Source: Mobula hypostoma
Lineage: Eukaryota
Direction: 5' to 3'
NCBI RefSeq assembly: GCF_963921235.1
Contig: NC_086097.1
Coordinates: 116,252,001 to 116,316,000 of the forward strand
Length of the DNA: 64,000 nucleotides
Position 1 is the stretch's first letter, and every line of letters starts with the position of its first letter. The notes under the pieces were generated by a model. The model ran no database searches, had not been told where the DNA came from, and was given only the letters and a program-made list of their open reading frames with translations. The position numbers and the translations under genes were made by a program. Shown here one piece after another: positions 38,330 to 49,929 of this stretch.

Positions 38330-40003
38330 AAGTTAAATTTCTTGTTTAACTCCCTCTTCACCCAAAGGGTGAACATATGAATGAAGAAGATTCCACTCAT
38401 GTTCCCCCTAAACTTTTCACCTTTCACCCTTAACCCATGACCTCTGTGGAAAAAGGCTGCTTGCATTTACACTATCTATACCCCTCATAGTTTTGTATAT
38501 CTCTATCAAATCTCCCCTCAGTCTTCCACATTCTAAGGAGTAAAATCCTAACCTCTTCTATCTTTCCATGTAGCTCAGATCTTCTAGACCCAGCAACATC
38601 CTTGTAAATTTCCCCTGTATTCTTTCAACCTTATACATATCTTTCCTTCAGGTAGGTGACCAAAACTGTATACGATACTCCAAATTAGGCTTCATCAATA
38701 TCTTATACAACTTCAACATGATATCCCATCTCCTGTATAGATGAAGGCCAATGTGCCAAAAGCTTTCTTGACAGCCCTATCTACCCGTGACTCCACTTTC
38801 AATGAAATATGGACCTGTATTCCCAGACGTAAACATGAGGAATTCTGCAGATGCTGGAAATTCAAGCAACACACATCAAAGCTGCTGGTGAACGCAGCAG
38901 GCCAGGCAGCATCTCTAGGAAGAGGTACAGTCGACGTTTTGGGCCGAGACCCTTCGTCAGGACTAACTGAAGGAAGAGCTAGTAAGAGATTTGAAAGTGG
39001 GAGGGGGAGGGGGAGATTCAAAATGATAGGAGAAGACAGGAGGGGGAGGGATGGAACCAAGAGCTGGACAGGTGATTGGCAAAAGGGATATGAGAGGACC
39101 ATGGGAGAGGAGGCCCAGGGAAAAGGAAAAGGGGGAGGGGGAGAAAAAAACCCAGAGGATGGGCAAGGGGTATAGTCAGAGGGACAGGGGGAGAGAAAGG
39201 AGAGAGAGAGAGAAAGAATGTGTGTATATAAATAAATAACGGATGGGGTACAAGGGGGAGGTGGGGCATTAGCGAAAGTTAGAGAAGTCAATGTTCATGC
39301 CATCAGGTTGGAGGCTACCCAGATGGGATATAAAGTGTTGTTCCTCCAACCTGAGTGTGGCTTCATCTTTACAGTAGAGGATGGCATTTTTGCAAGAGAC
39401 AAGGTGAGAAGAGGAATAGTCCACATAGCTGTGGGAGTCAGTAGGCTTATAGTAGACATCAGTAGATAAGCTGTCTCCAGAGATCTCCTTCTCACAATTC
39501 CTCCATCTCCGCCGCATCTGCTCTCAGGATGAGGCTTTTCATTCCAGGACAAGGGAGATGTCCTCCTTTTTTAAAGAAAGGGGCTTCCCTTCCCCCACCA
39601 TCAACTCTGCTCTCAAATGCATCTCCCCCATTTCACGTACATCTGCTCTCACTCCATCCTCCCGTCACCCCACTAGGAATAGGGTTACCCTGGTCCTCAC
39701 CTACCACCCCACCAGCCTCCAAGTCCAACATATTATTCTCCGTAACTTCTGCCACCTCCAACGGGATCCCACTACTAAGCACATCTTTCCCTCCCCCCCA
39801 CTTTCCACAGGGATTGCTCCCTACGCGACTCCCTTGTCCATTCGTCCCCCCCATCTCTCCCCACTGATCTCCCTCCTGGCACTTATCCGTGTAAGCGGAA
39901 CAAGTGCTAGAGATGCCGCCTGGCCTGCTGCGTTCAACAGCAACTTTGATGTGTGTTGCCTGTATTCCCAGATTCCTTTGCTCTACCATACTTCTCAGTG
40001 CCC
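38330..40003 (-). mobile_element. CR1 fragment hosting a PLE insertion
   Basis: CR1 sequence at 38330-38827 continues at 39959-40003. Confidence 0.8.
38828..39958. mobile_element. Rearranged four-segment PLE insertion, 13-14 bp TSD
   Basis: CCTGTATTCCCAGA at 38814-38827 and 39959-39972; all segments align to 40163-42688. Confidence 0.92.
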
Positions 40004-40163
40004 AGTAACGATGGGAGGTTAAAACAATAATTCCTACCAAAAGGGATTTTGAAATCGTATTTCTAAAAGACAGTCAATTAATCACTGCAACAGGAAAATA
40101 CATTTGGGAATGAGCCGATTGTTTATTGAAATAGGCCCAGGACAAATAATAGTTTGAAATTAG

Positions 40164-42255
40164 TTCCGTGTTCGCCATGATGCGGAACTTTTCTTCCGCC
40201 GTCTCCGTCTCCGAGCCTACTTCTTCGGCAAGGACTCTTCCACCCCCACCGATGACTCCTTCTCCCGTCTTCAACCCTCCTCTTCTTCATGGACACCCCG
40301 CTCTGGTCTTCTGCCTGCTCTGGATCTCTTTATTGCCAACTGCCGACGGGACATCAACCGTCTCGACTTCACCGCACCTTGTCCCCATTCCAACCTCACT
40401 CCTTTGGAACGCTCTGCTCTCCACTCCCTCCGCACTAATCCTAACCTTATTATTAAACCCGCTGATAAGGGGGGTGCTGTTGTAGTCTGGCGTACTGACC
40501 TCTACCTTGCCGAGGCACAGCGACAACTCGCGGATACCTCCTCTTATTTACCCCTCGATCGTGACCCCACTAAGGAGCACCAGGCCATTGTCTCCCACAC
40601 TATCACCGACTTTATCCGCTCAGGGGATCTCCCATCCACTGCTACCAACCTTATAGTTCCCACACCCCGCACTTCCCGTTTCTACCTCCTACCCAAGATC
40701 CAAAAACCTGCCTGTCCTGGCCGACCTATTGTCTCAGCTTGCTCCTGCCCCACCGAACTCGTTTCTGCATACCTCGACACTGTTTTATCACCCCTTGTTC
40801 AATCCCTTCTGACCTATGTTCGTGACACTTCTCACGCTCTTAAACTTTTCGATGATTTTAAGTTCCCTGGCCCCCACCGCTTTATTTTCACCATGGATGT
40901 CCAGTCCTTATATACTTCCATCCCCCATCAGGAAGGCCTCAAAGCTCTACGCTTCTTTTTGGATTCCAGACCTAATCAGTTCCCCTCTACCACCACTCGG
41001 CTCCGTCTAGCGGAATTAGTCCTTACTCTTAATAATTTCTCCTTTTGCTCCTCCCATTTCCTCCAAACTAAAGGTGTAGCTATGGGCACCCGTATGGGTC
41101 CTAGCTATGCCTGCCTTTTTGTTGGGTTTGTGGAACAATCTATGTTCCGTGCCTATTCTGGTATCTGTCCCCCACTTTTCCTTCACTACATCGACGACTG
41201 CATTGGCGCTGCTTCCTGCACGCATGCAGAACTCGTTGACTTTATTAACTTTGCCTCCAACTTTCACCCTGCCCTCAAGTTTACCTGGTCCATTTCCGAC
41301 ACCTCCCTCCCCTTTCTAGATCTTTCTGTCTCTGTCTCTGGAGACAGCTTATCCACTGATGTCTACTATAAGCCTACTGACTCTCACAGCTATCTGGACT
41401 ATTCCTCTTCTCACCCTATCTCTTGCAAAAACGCCATCCCCTTCTCGCAATTCCTCCATCTCCGCCGCATCTGCTCTCAGGATGAGGCTTTTCATTCTAG
41501 GACGAGGGAGATGTCTTCATTTTTTAAAGAAAGGGGCTTCCCTTCCTCCACTATCAACTCTGCTCTTAAACACATCTCCCCCATTTCACGTACATCTGCT
41601 CTCACTCCATCCTCCCACCACCCCACTAGGAATAGGGTTCCCCTGGTCCTCACCTACCACCCCACCAGCCTCCGGGTCCAACATATTATTCTCCGTAACT
41701 TCCGCCACCTCCAACGGGATCCCACCACTAAGCACATCTTTCCCTCCCCCCCTCTCTCTGCATTCCACAGGGATCGCTCCCTACACAACTCCCTTGTCCA
41801 TTCGTCCCCCCCCATCCCTCCCCACTGATCTCCCTCCTGGCACTTATCCGTGTAAGCGGAACAAGTGCTACACATGCCCTTACACTTCCTCCCTTACCAC
41901 CATTCAGGGCCCCAAACAGTTCTTCCAGGTGAGGCATCACTTCACCTGTGAGTCGACTGGGGTGATATACTGCGTCCGGTGCTCCCGATGTGGCCTTTTA
42001 TATATTGGTGAGACCCAACGCAGACTGGGAGACCGCTTTGCTGAACATCTACGCTCTGTCCGCCAGAGAAAGCAGGATCTCCCAGTGGCCACACATTTTA
42101 ATTCCACATCCCATTCCCATTCTGACATGTCTATCCACGGCCTCCTCTACTGTAAAGATGAAGCCACACTCAGGTTGGAGGAACAACACCTTATATTCCG
42201 TCTGGGTAGCCTCCAACCTGATGGCATGAACATCGACTTCTCTAACTTCCGCTAA
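40164..42255 (+). pseudogene. PLE reverse transcriptase / GIY-YIG endonuclease ORF with one +1 frameshift
   Basis: Open from 40164: IKPADKGG, FYLLPKI, GRPIVS, FTMDVQSLYTSIP, GVAMGTRMGPSYA, YIDD, LPFLD. After the C8 run at 41806-41813: CKRNKCYTC and VIYCVRCSRCGLLYIGET..RFAEH. Confidence 0.95.
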
Positions 42256-42551
42256 GGCCCCACCTCCCCCTCGTACCCCATCTGTTACTCATTTTTATGC
42301 ACACATTCTTTCTCTCACTCTCCTTTTTCTCCCTCTGTCCCTCTGAATATACCTCTTGCCCATCCTCTGGGTCACCCCCCCCCCTTGTCTTTCTTCCCGG
42401 ACCTCCTGTCCCATGATCCTCTCGTATCCCCTTTTGCCTATCACCTGTCCAGCTCTCGGCTCTATCCCTCCTCCTCCTGTCTTCTCCTATCATTTTGCAT
42501 CTCCCCCTCCCCCTCCAGCTTTCAAATCCCTTACTCACTCTTCCTTCAGTT

Positions 42552-42587
42552 AGTCCTGACGAAGGGTCTCGGCCTGAAACGTCGACT
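42552..42587 (+). ncRNA. Minimal type I hammerhead ribozyme motif in the PLE pLTR
   Basis: AGTC-CTGACGA-AGGGTCTCGGCCT-GAAA-C-GTC-GACT: stem I AGTC/GACT, conserved core, palindromic ACGT in place of stem III. Confidence 0.8.
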
Positions 42588-43347
42588 GCACCTCTTCCTA
42601 CAGATGCTGCCTGGCCTGCTGCGTTCACCAGCAACTTTGATGTATGTTGCTTGAATTTCCAGCATCTGCAGAATTCCTGTTGTTTGCGTTTGAAATTATT
42701 TATCTGTTTATGAATTTAGGGAATTCTTTAAAACTGTCCTTGGGAGTCTAACAGTGATATTTCCACAGTATTTCCATTCTCTCAAATGTTGTTGAAGATA
42801 TTTGAAAAGAGAACATCCAAATCACATCCTACATTAGACCACAAATCAAGCGTGAATTCCCTGGCTCCGTCAGTTTAGAGATGGTGTCCAAACAACAGAT
42901 CATTTAAAATAAAAATAAATCATCCCCAGATGCTGATACTGGTAAGACACTGTGTCCCTGAACCTTATACACCATCAGATTCAATATTTGATTCCTCATT
43001 CTTATTGATTTAGCTTATCTCGGCTGCAATGAAGTGTGTAGTACAGCTTCCGATTTCTCTGTAAAAAAAAATAGCGGCCACTGAATGAACCAGATACTTG
43101 CACAACCCAATATCCTTGGAGTGGAATATGGGGAGGAAATCAATCCAAAATTTGGAGCAAGCAAGAATATATCACGGAACAGGAACACTTAAATGCAAAA
43201 TATCTGTGTGGACAGGCAGAAGGATTTTGACTATATAGTTTCACTTAGTTTTTGAATCATAACCAGCATTAGAAGCAATCGTAACCTGAATATTGGATAA
43301 TACATGATCAGGAGGTCACTGTCAGAAATCAGTCAGAAGTTATGGAA

Positions 43348-43529
43348 GCAAAACACACAAAATGCTGGAGGAACTCAGAGTCCAGGTAGCGTCCATGGGA
43401 AAGAGTAAACAGTTGATGTTGGGTGTCAGACTGTTTACTCTTTTCCATAGAAGCTGCCTGACTTGCGGAGTTCCTCCAGCATATCGTGTGTGTTGGTTTG
43501 GATTTCCAGCATCTCCAGACTTTCTCGTG
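43348..43529 (+). mobile_element. Short fold-back element derived from the PLE terminus
   Basis: Inverted arms ~43348-43413 and 43429-43495, then tail; degenerate flanks AGAAGTTATGGAA / AGAAGTGACAGAA. Confidence 0.8.
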
Positions 43530-43836
43530 AGAAGTGACAGAATGGTGCATTAATGAAGTGTATGTATTTCACATTCATTTTATTTTATTTAACAGAGTAA
43601 AACTTAATCACTCTTTTGCAACATCATCCTAATTATGCATTCAGCACTATGTAGTGAGAAGTAAGACTGCTTCTCATTGCATCAGGACCTGAGCATTTCC
43701 AAAAGATAAAATCAAGGTATAATTTCTACTTGCCAGCATTACAAATTCTGTGTAGTATTTTCTGTTGTCTTTGCTAGTTATTATTTTTTAGGATATTATT
43801 TGGGCCTATTAGTTGTCTTTCTAATGTACAATATAC

Positions 43837-44117
43837 ACTATTTATTTATTTAGAGACACAGCGTGGAATAGGTCCTTCAAACCGTGCCACCAGCAAATGT
43901 CAATACAACCCTTGCCTAATCAAGGGTCCATTTTCATTGACCAACCCTAACCTACCAACACGACTTTGGAGTCTGGGAGGAAACCGGGGCACCCAGTGGG
44001 AAACCCAAGTGGCCTCAGGGAGAACATACAAACTCCTAACAGACAATGCTGGAATTGAACTCAGATCTCTGACACCTGAGCTATAATAATGGCATGCCAA
44101 CCACTACACTACTGCGG
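43837..44117 (-). mobile_element. V-domain tRNA-SINE
   Basis: Reverse A/B boxes at the right end, V-domain, (TTTA)n at the left end. Confidence 0.75.
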
Positions 44118-45894
44118 TGCACTAATGATTGAAAAGTTGTGATCTGGATATTTTGATACTTTGTATTGATATCCATTTTTGGATAATAATATAAAATAGT
44201 GATATCCAAATACATAAGTTTATTTAATGGACAAAATTCTCAATGAGCTCTCTGAGGATCTAATTTGCTTACTCAACCTGCCTTTGGCATGTCACATGCG
44301 TACACTTACCCATCACATCCAGAAAACTAAACGAGAAATTGCTTGTACAAAAGCCTCAGAGAGCGTGCTTCTGGTCACCACCACCAATGTGCTCTGACTG
44401 CCTTTAATCAGAAGGCAGGCTTTTTGAAAGTTCTTACATACCAAAGGCATTTGAGAATATTAAAAAAGCTTTAAATAATTAAACATGGGTGTATGTGGTG
44501 TCCAAGGTGGGTAGCACCTCTGGTGAAGGGGCTTGTCTGCTCATTCTGAGGCAGCTCACTCAATTTTGGTCCCCACAGGACACTTACCTTCCACCTGCAG
44601 ATCTAAGTAGCTGTTTGCATGCGACAGTGGCCACACACTGGTACACACTCTGGTACTCTGCTTTGACAGGTGAGTTAAACCAGGTGAGAGTCGCCGACGA
44701 AATAGGAACAAGCCTGTCCTTGCATGTAAAGTCAGCTCCAGCAGACTGGGCGGATGAGATGTACAGTGAGCTCCAGCGGTTCTGCAACTCTCCACGGAGA
44801 ACAAAGGGCACGACAAGGCACAAAAAACATCATGGCCATCCACTGCAACCAAGGAAAACCCCAATATCTGATGCTTGGACTTGGACATCCAATAGCAAGA
44901 GGGTGAAGCTCCCCCAGTGTAATGGCTGCTGCACTTTAAGTACTCTCCCGCACAGGTTTTCTGTCATCATCAGACACGATGGACAACAACCACGCAATTG
45001 AACATGAAAATATTACAACAAATTAAAAATACATCATAATGCAATTAAATAATTAATTCTTATTTTTAATGTAAATAACACACATATTGCTTTTTCCTTC
45101 TAATCCCTGGACGAAGATTCCACATTCAAATGAATGCTGAAGAAATCCAAAAGGTTCGCTTTTGAACATCATATAAAATTCAGATGCAGAAGTGTATCTG
45201 ATTCAACAGATTTGCCACTGAATCCCGATAACTCTATGACTTACTTATTTGGGAATGCTAAGCCCCTGCAATTCCCCTTGAAGTCTTTGCGCAGTAGAAT
45301 CTGCTCCATGTAAAATGTGGCACATTTTCACTTTGGAAAAGGTGTAAGATGACATGAAGAGTGGCTGTTGCATGTCTTGTTGACATCATCATGTACTCAC
45401 AATGTAACCAGAACGTGATAGTGTTGGGATGTTTTGCCAGTAAAGTTTCCTATTGGGCAGGAAATGAACACAAGCAAAACAGGTATGGAAAGTGTCCTCA
45501 TGGGGAATTAACACATAAAATTCCAAAATCAAATTTTAGGCAACTGTGAGGAAGAAATTGGCTTCATGTGTTATTCAATATATTCTTTTGTGTTCTTATC
45601 AGTAAATAACTAAGAAAATGTGTCTCCATTGTTGATTGAGATCCTAATGTACAATAAATAAAGAGGTTCATACATATCATGGAAATCAATTGCAATGATA
45701 TAAAATTAGAATAAAATGATCATTTATGATCATTTATGCTTGACCTTTTTCTGAATAGTTTGCACAGATGATTTCATTTTTTAAAGCAAATAGCCCACAT
45801 ACCATTGTGTCCCTTGCAAATGTAACTGAAATACAGTATCAGACAGTGAAACTCAGTGGAGCCACTGCTATTATTCAAACAGGCACCAATTCAT

Positions 45895-46495
45895 CCTCAA
45901 GAAGGGAAATAGGAAAGTCAGGAGGGGCCATGAAAAATCTTTGGCAAGTAGGATTAAAGAGAATCCCAAGGCCTTCTATGCATACATCAAGAGGATAACA
46001 AGGAAGAATGTTGAGGCTTTGGAGAAGGTGCAGAAGAGGCTTACCAGGATGTTGCCTGGATTAGAGGGCATGTGCTATAATGAGAGGTTGGATAAACTTG
46101 GGTTGTTTTTTTCTGGAGCAGTAGAGACTGAGGGGAGATCTGATAAAGGTTATAAGATCATGAGAGGCATAGATAGAGTAAACAGACAACATCGTTCTCC
46201 AAGATTTGAAATGCTTAACACCAGAGGACATGCATTTAAGATGAGAGAGGCAAGTATTTCACACAGAGAGGGGTGGGTGCCAGAAATGTGCTGCCTGGGG
46301 CGGTGACAGAGGCAGAAACATTAGGAATAAGCAAAAGATGTTTAAATAGGCACATGATTGTAAGGGAAGTGGAAAGATATAGACATTGTGAAGGCAGCAG
46401 AGATTAGTGGAGTTGACCATTCGATTACTAATTTAATTGGTTCGTCACAACATTCTGGACCAACGGGCTTGTTTCTGTGCTGTACTGTTCTATGT
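45895..46495 (+). mobile_element. CR1 fragment with internal deletion
   Basis: ASRIKENPKAFYAYIK fused to VEALEKVQKRLTRMLPGL. Confidence 0.85.
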
Positions 46496-47019
46496 TGAAC
46501 AGAAAAAAGTCCTATTTGTTCTGAAAGCTTGATGTGGAGCCTTGCCAGGCCTGAGCGAGCTTTTCAGCTGCATGGTTTTTCTGAGGCTTGTGGGCAGATT
46601 GTCATCTGTCTATCAAGAAATACCCGAGGACTGTATTTCTTGACAAAGCACTTTTTGCTGGGCATTCATTCTTTTGAAATTGACAACCTACCTCTGTGGC
46701 ACATGGAATATCAGGCCACTATAGTGATGGAAGTGAGACCTGAGGCCTGGCCTTGCATCTGTCTCAGGGCATCTGCTGAGAGTTTATGTAACCTGCCACC
46801 CTTGAATAAGTGCCTGAAAACAAATCATAACCGATTTCCAGTCCAATGATGATTACATAATGGACATTTCAATAAACATTATTTTATCATTTCTAGTTAG
46901 AACATAGCTTACTTTGTTTGACTTTGGATGAGCCAAGCAAGAATGATATAATTGAACGTACATCTTGTGATCTTGAATCAAAGTATTAAAGTTTATAACT
47001 TGTTTAGTATCAAAACTGA

Positions 47020-47552
47020 TTGCAACTGGAAGCCGATCTTGGCAAGCAACTAAAGTTCTCTGACTTCATCGCACCATCATCCCCGAGACCTGATATGGTC
47101 GCTCTGTCTGAAACATTGAAGCAGGTGGTCATGGTAGACCTGACAGTTCCTTGGGAAGCCCAGAATGAGGGCGCATTTGAGTGTAAAAAAATCAAATACA
47201 AGGAGATGGTATGGCAGTGTCAGAGTCAGGGATGGAGGGCACAATGCGAGCCTACAGAGGTGAGATGTAGAGGTTTTGCTGGCTGCTTGCCGTGCAGAAC
47301 CTGCCCTCTCCTTGGCATTGCAGGGGCGGCAATGAAAAGAGCCATCAGAACCATCACAGGGGCTCCTGAAGCAACTCCAGATGGCTATGGATCAAGAGGT
47401 GTGGCCTGTAGACCTACGCTCCTGGGACACAAACCCTGACTGGGTCACCTGGGCAAGAGCGTCTGATGTTGAAAGACCCAAGACAACTGATGTCCTTGGG
47501 ATACAACACTGATGATGTGTCCCAGCACATCCTAGGATGTACCTCAAGCATC
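47020..47552 (+). mobile_element. RLE-type non-LTR retrotransposon 3' fragment (HERO/NeSL-like), 14-bp TSD
   Basis: RPDMV..KQVVMVDLTVPWE..K..KY..GWRA.CEP.EV.CRGFAG restriction-like endonuclease motif; AGTATCAAAACTGA at 47006-47019 and 47553-47566. Confidence 0.85.
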
Positions 47553-47570
47553 AGTATCAAAACTGAGTGG

Positions 47571-47663
47571 TCCTAGAGATGCTGCCTGGCCTGCTGCATT
47601 CACCAGCAACTTCGATGTGTGGTGCTTGAATTTCCAGCATCTGCAGAATTCCTGTTGTTTGCG
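47571..47663 (+). mobile_element. Extreme 3' terminus of the young PLE
   Basis: Near-identical to 42596-42688. Confidence 0.9.
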
Positions 47664-47702
47664 GAACAAAAATTCTTACTTTTTTGGAAACAGTTTGCAC
47701 AT

Positions 47703-48565
47703 TGTTACGTACCCCGTAACTGGGTTGCCAAACCAGCAGAAATGGATCACTCAGTTGGAGTCTGGAGTACTAGAACTAAGAAAGTTTTATTAAAGAAATA
47801 AGCAACACAGTAACCGGAAGGATAATAAATGCAACAGTTCAGCAATGATAAACACACATGTGCACAGAATTAAGATAACAGCATCAATCCAGCTCTATCG
47901 TTGTCTAGGGGTAAATGACCAAATTTCAAAGTGACTCAAAGTTCAGTCCAGTTTAGTAGTTCAGTTTGCAGTAATCGTTGCCATGGCGATGGACAACGTG
48001 GGGGCAGAGAGAGAGAGAACAGGAACAACTGATCATTCAGACACGGCTTCACTCACAGACCGACAATATGGCTCACAAACAGCTTTTTGGGCGGGTCCTT
48101 GGCGATGTCACCTGAGGGCACCGACTGTGACCCCTCCTCCAGATGCGGTTGATCCTCTGCAGTGAACCCGGTGCCCAGGCAAGGGCGGACACACACCGGG
48201 TTCCCGCTGATCGTACCTTTTCACCCTGGCCGTCGTCTGGTACTTCCCACCGACTCGTGAGAAGCGTACCGCTTCCAGGGTCTCGTTACCTCGGGTGGCG
48301 TGTGTCTTGCCTTAGCGAACCGGTCCCTTTTTATCCCCCTGCTGGGGTATCGCCTGTCCATCACTTCAAACAGTTCAAGGTTCAAAGGGGGGAGCCGCTC
48401 CAGACAGCTCTCTCTCCCCCGTCCCTTCATTACACATCTCCAGACGCTGCTCCATTGTTCCTTATCTCTCCTTCCCCTGAGGGCAGGTGGCAGACCACTT
48501 GCTGATGTCACTGATGCTAACCCAGGCCAGCAAACATCTTAATTTTTATGTGTATTCTCGTCACA
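47703..48565. mobile_element. Solo LTR (Gypsy-like), 4-bp TSD
   Basis: TGTTACG...CGTCACA termini; ACAT at 47699-47702 and 48566-48569; CpG-rich. Confidence 0.85.
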
Positions 48566-48935
48566 ACATAAAATTACAAGGCCGGGCGGGGGGAAACCAA
48601 CTGATGGCACCTGTTATGCTGAATAGATAATTCTCCTGTGCTCTATTGTTGAGAACAAGCAGCAGAAGGGTTAATATGTCTTGTTACAGTTTGTAATGTC
48701 TTATAGATTAGACCTTACCAATAGGACAGAATGGGATCTTGCTCCCAAATCCACACTAAAGTTGTAAAATCTCTGTTTAAAGCTGTTTAATAATATATTT
48801 TCACAGTGCAAGATCTATCAAGTGGATTTATATTAATTTTATACTCAGCTGCTGAACAATATCATATTTTATCTGGTTTAATGTGTATTAAATAATTAGT
48901 TCATATTCATCTAATTCTTAGCACACGAATGTGGG

Positions 48936-49073
48936 CAACACACACAAAATGCCGGAGGAACTCAGCAGGCCAGGCAACAGCTATGACAAAGAGTAAACAG
49001 CCTTCACTTCAGCCAAGACTTTTCATCAAGGCTCATTGGATTTCCAGCACCTGCAGATTTTCTCTTGTTTGTG
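48936..49073 (+). mobile_element. Short inverted PLE-terminus element, 13-bp TSD
   Basis: Inverted tail-less arm with decayed hammerhead, then forward tail; ACACGAATGTGGG (48923-48935) / ACAAGAATGTGGG (49074-49086). Confidence 0.8.
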
Positions 49074-49134
49074 ACAAGAATGTGGGTTACTTCCCACTCA
49101 GTTGTTCTGCAGAAAAGTGCAGTTAATTGATATG

Positions 49135-49677
49135 TCAGAGAGTTTAGCTTTATTTGTCACATGTGCATCAAAACATCAAAACATAATGAAATGGGTTGTC
49201 TGTATCAAATCCAATCAGTGAGGATTGCGCTGGACAGCCTGAAGATGTCGCCACGCTTCTGGGACCAATGTACTATGGCCACAACTGACTAACTCTAACC
49301 CTACACATACGTCTTTCGACTGTGGGAGGAAACCAGAGCACCCAGAGGAAATTCATGTAGTCACAGGAGGAATGTACACAACTCTTATTCCCTGCTGCAC
49401 TGGATGTTATGCCTGTACACCTTTACCCTACAGACTACTGTAGAGCATCTTAAGCACCTTATAATTTTATTTTATTTATTTAGAGATGCAGCCTTTTCAG
49501 CCCAATGAGCCCACAGCACCCAATTATACCAATGTGACCAATTAGGCTACTAATCCGTACGTCTTTAGAATGTGGGAGGAAAACGAAGGAAATCCATTAG
49601 CTCACGGGAGAATATACAAACCCCTTACAAACAGTGCTGAGAATTGAACCCCGATCTTACAGCTAACACTGCGTTGA
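49135..49677 (-). mobile_element. Two V-domain SINE copies
   Basis: Reverse V-domain (TGTGGGAGGAAA..) at ~49320 and ~49570. Confidence 0.65.
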
Positions 49678-49929
49678 CTTTATGGGTTTATGTTAAGGGC
49701 CTCAGCTTCTGTTTGAGCTCACTAATATATATTACAATCTCATCAAGATACCAGAGGCTGAGTTTTCCTCACACCTGTAAATTCACAATGCATCTAAAGA
49801 GACTGCAAGTATTGAACTGTAATACTTTCAACATGACACTGAAAATTTATGCTTAAATGCATGCCGGTTTCTGTGTAAATTCCATTTCATAAATACAGTA
49901 TGTCTCCATAGAATGATTATTTATCTGCA

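Larger units (their letters stand above)
40163..42688 (+). mobile_element. Penelope-like element (Neptune-type), 5'-truncated, 10-bp TSD
   Basis: TTTGAAATTA at 40153-40162 and 42689-42698; RT + Cys-linker + GIY-YIG ORF; pLTR with hammerhead. Confidence 0.95.

Noticed and set aside
41359..41805. N-terminal half of the 298-aa ORF as a separate overlapping gene or programmed frameshift
   Set aside because: Alternative-frame read-through; a single extra C explains the split and the sister copy has the in-frame C7
45245..45330. Minus-strand possible coding exon MEQILLRKDFKGNCRGLAFPN before GTAAGT
   Set aside because: Short, unrecognised peptide with a weak acceptor
47455..47495. Hammerhead-like CTGATG motif in the RLE element 3' UTR
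   Set aside because: Core reads CTGATGT, and GAAA follows with no stem II; required stems absent
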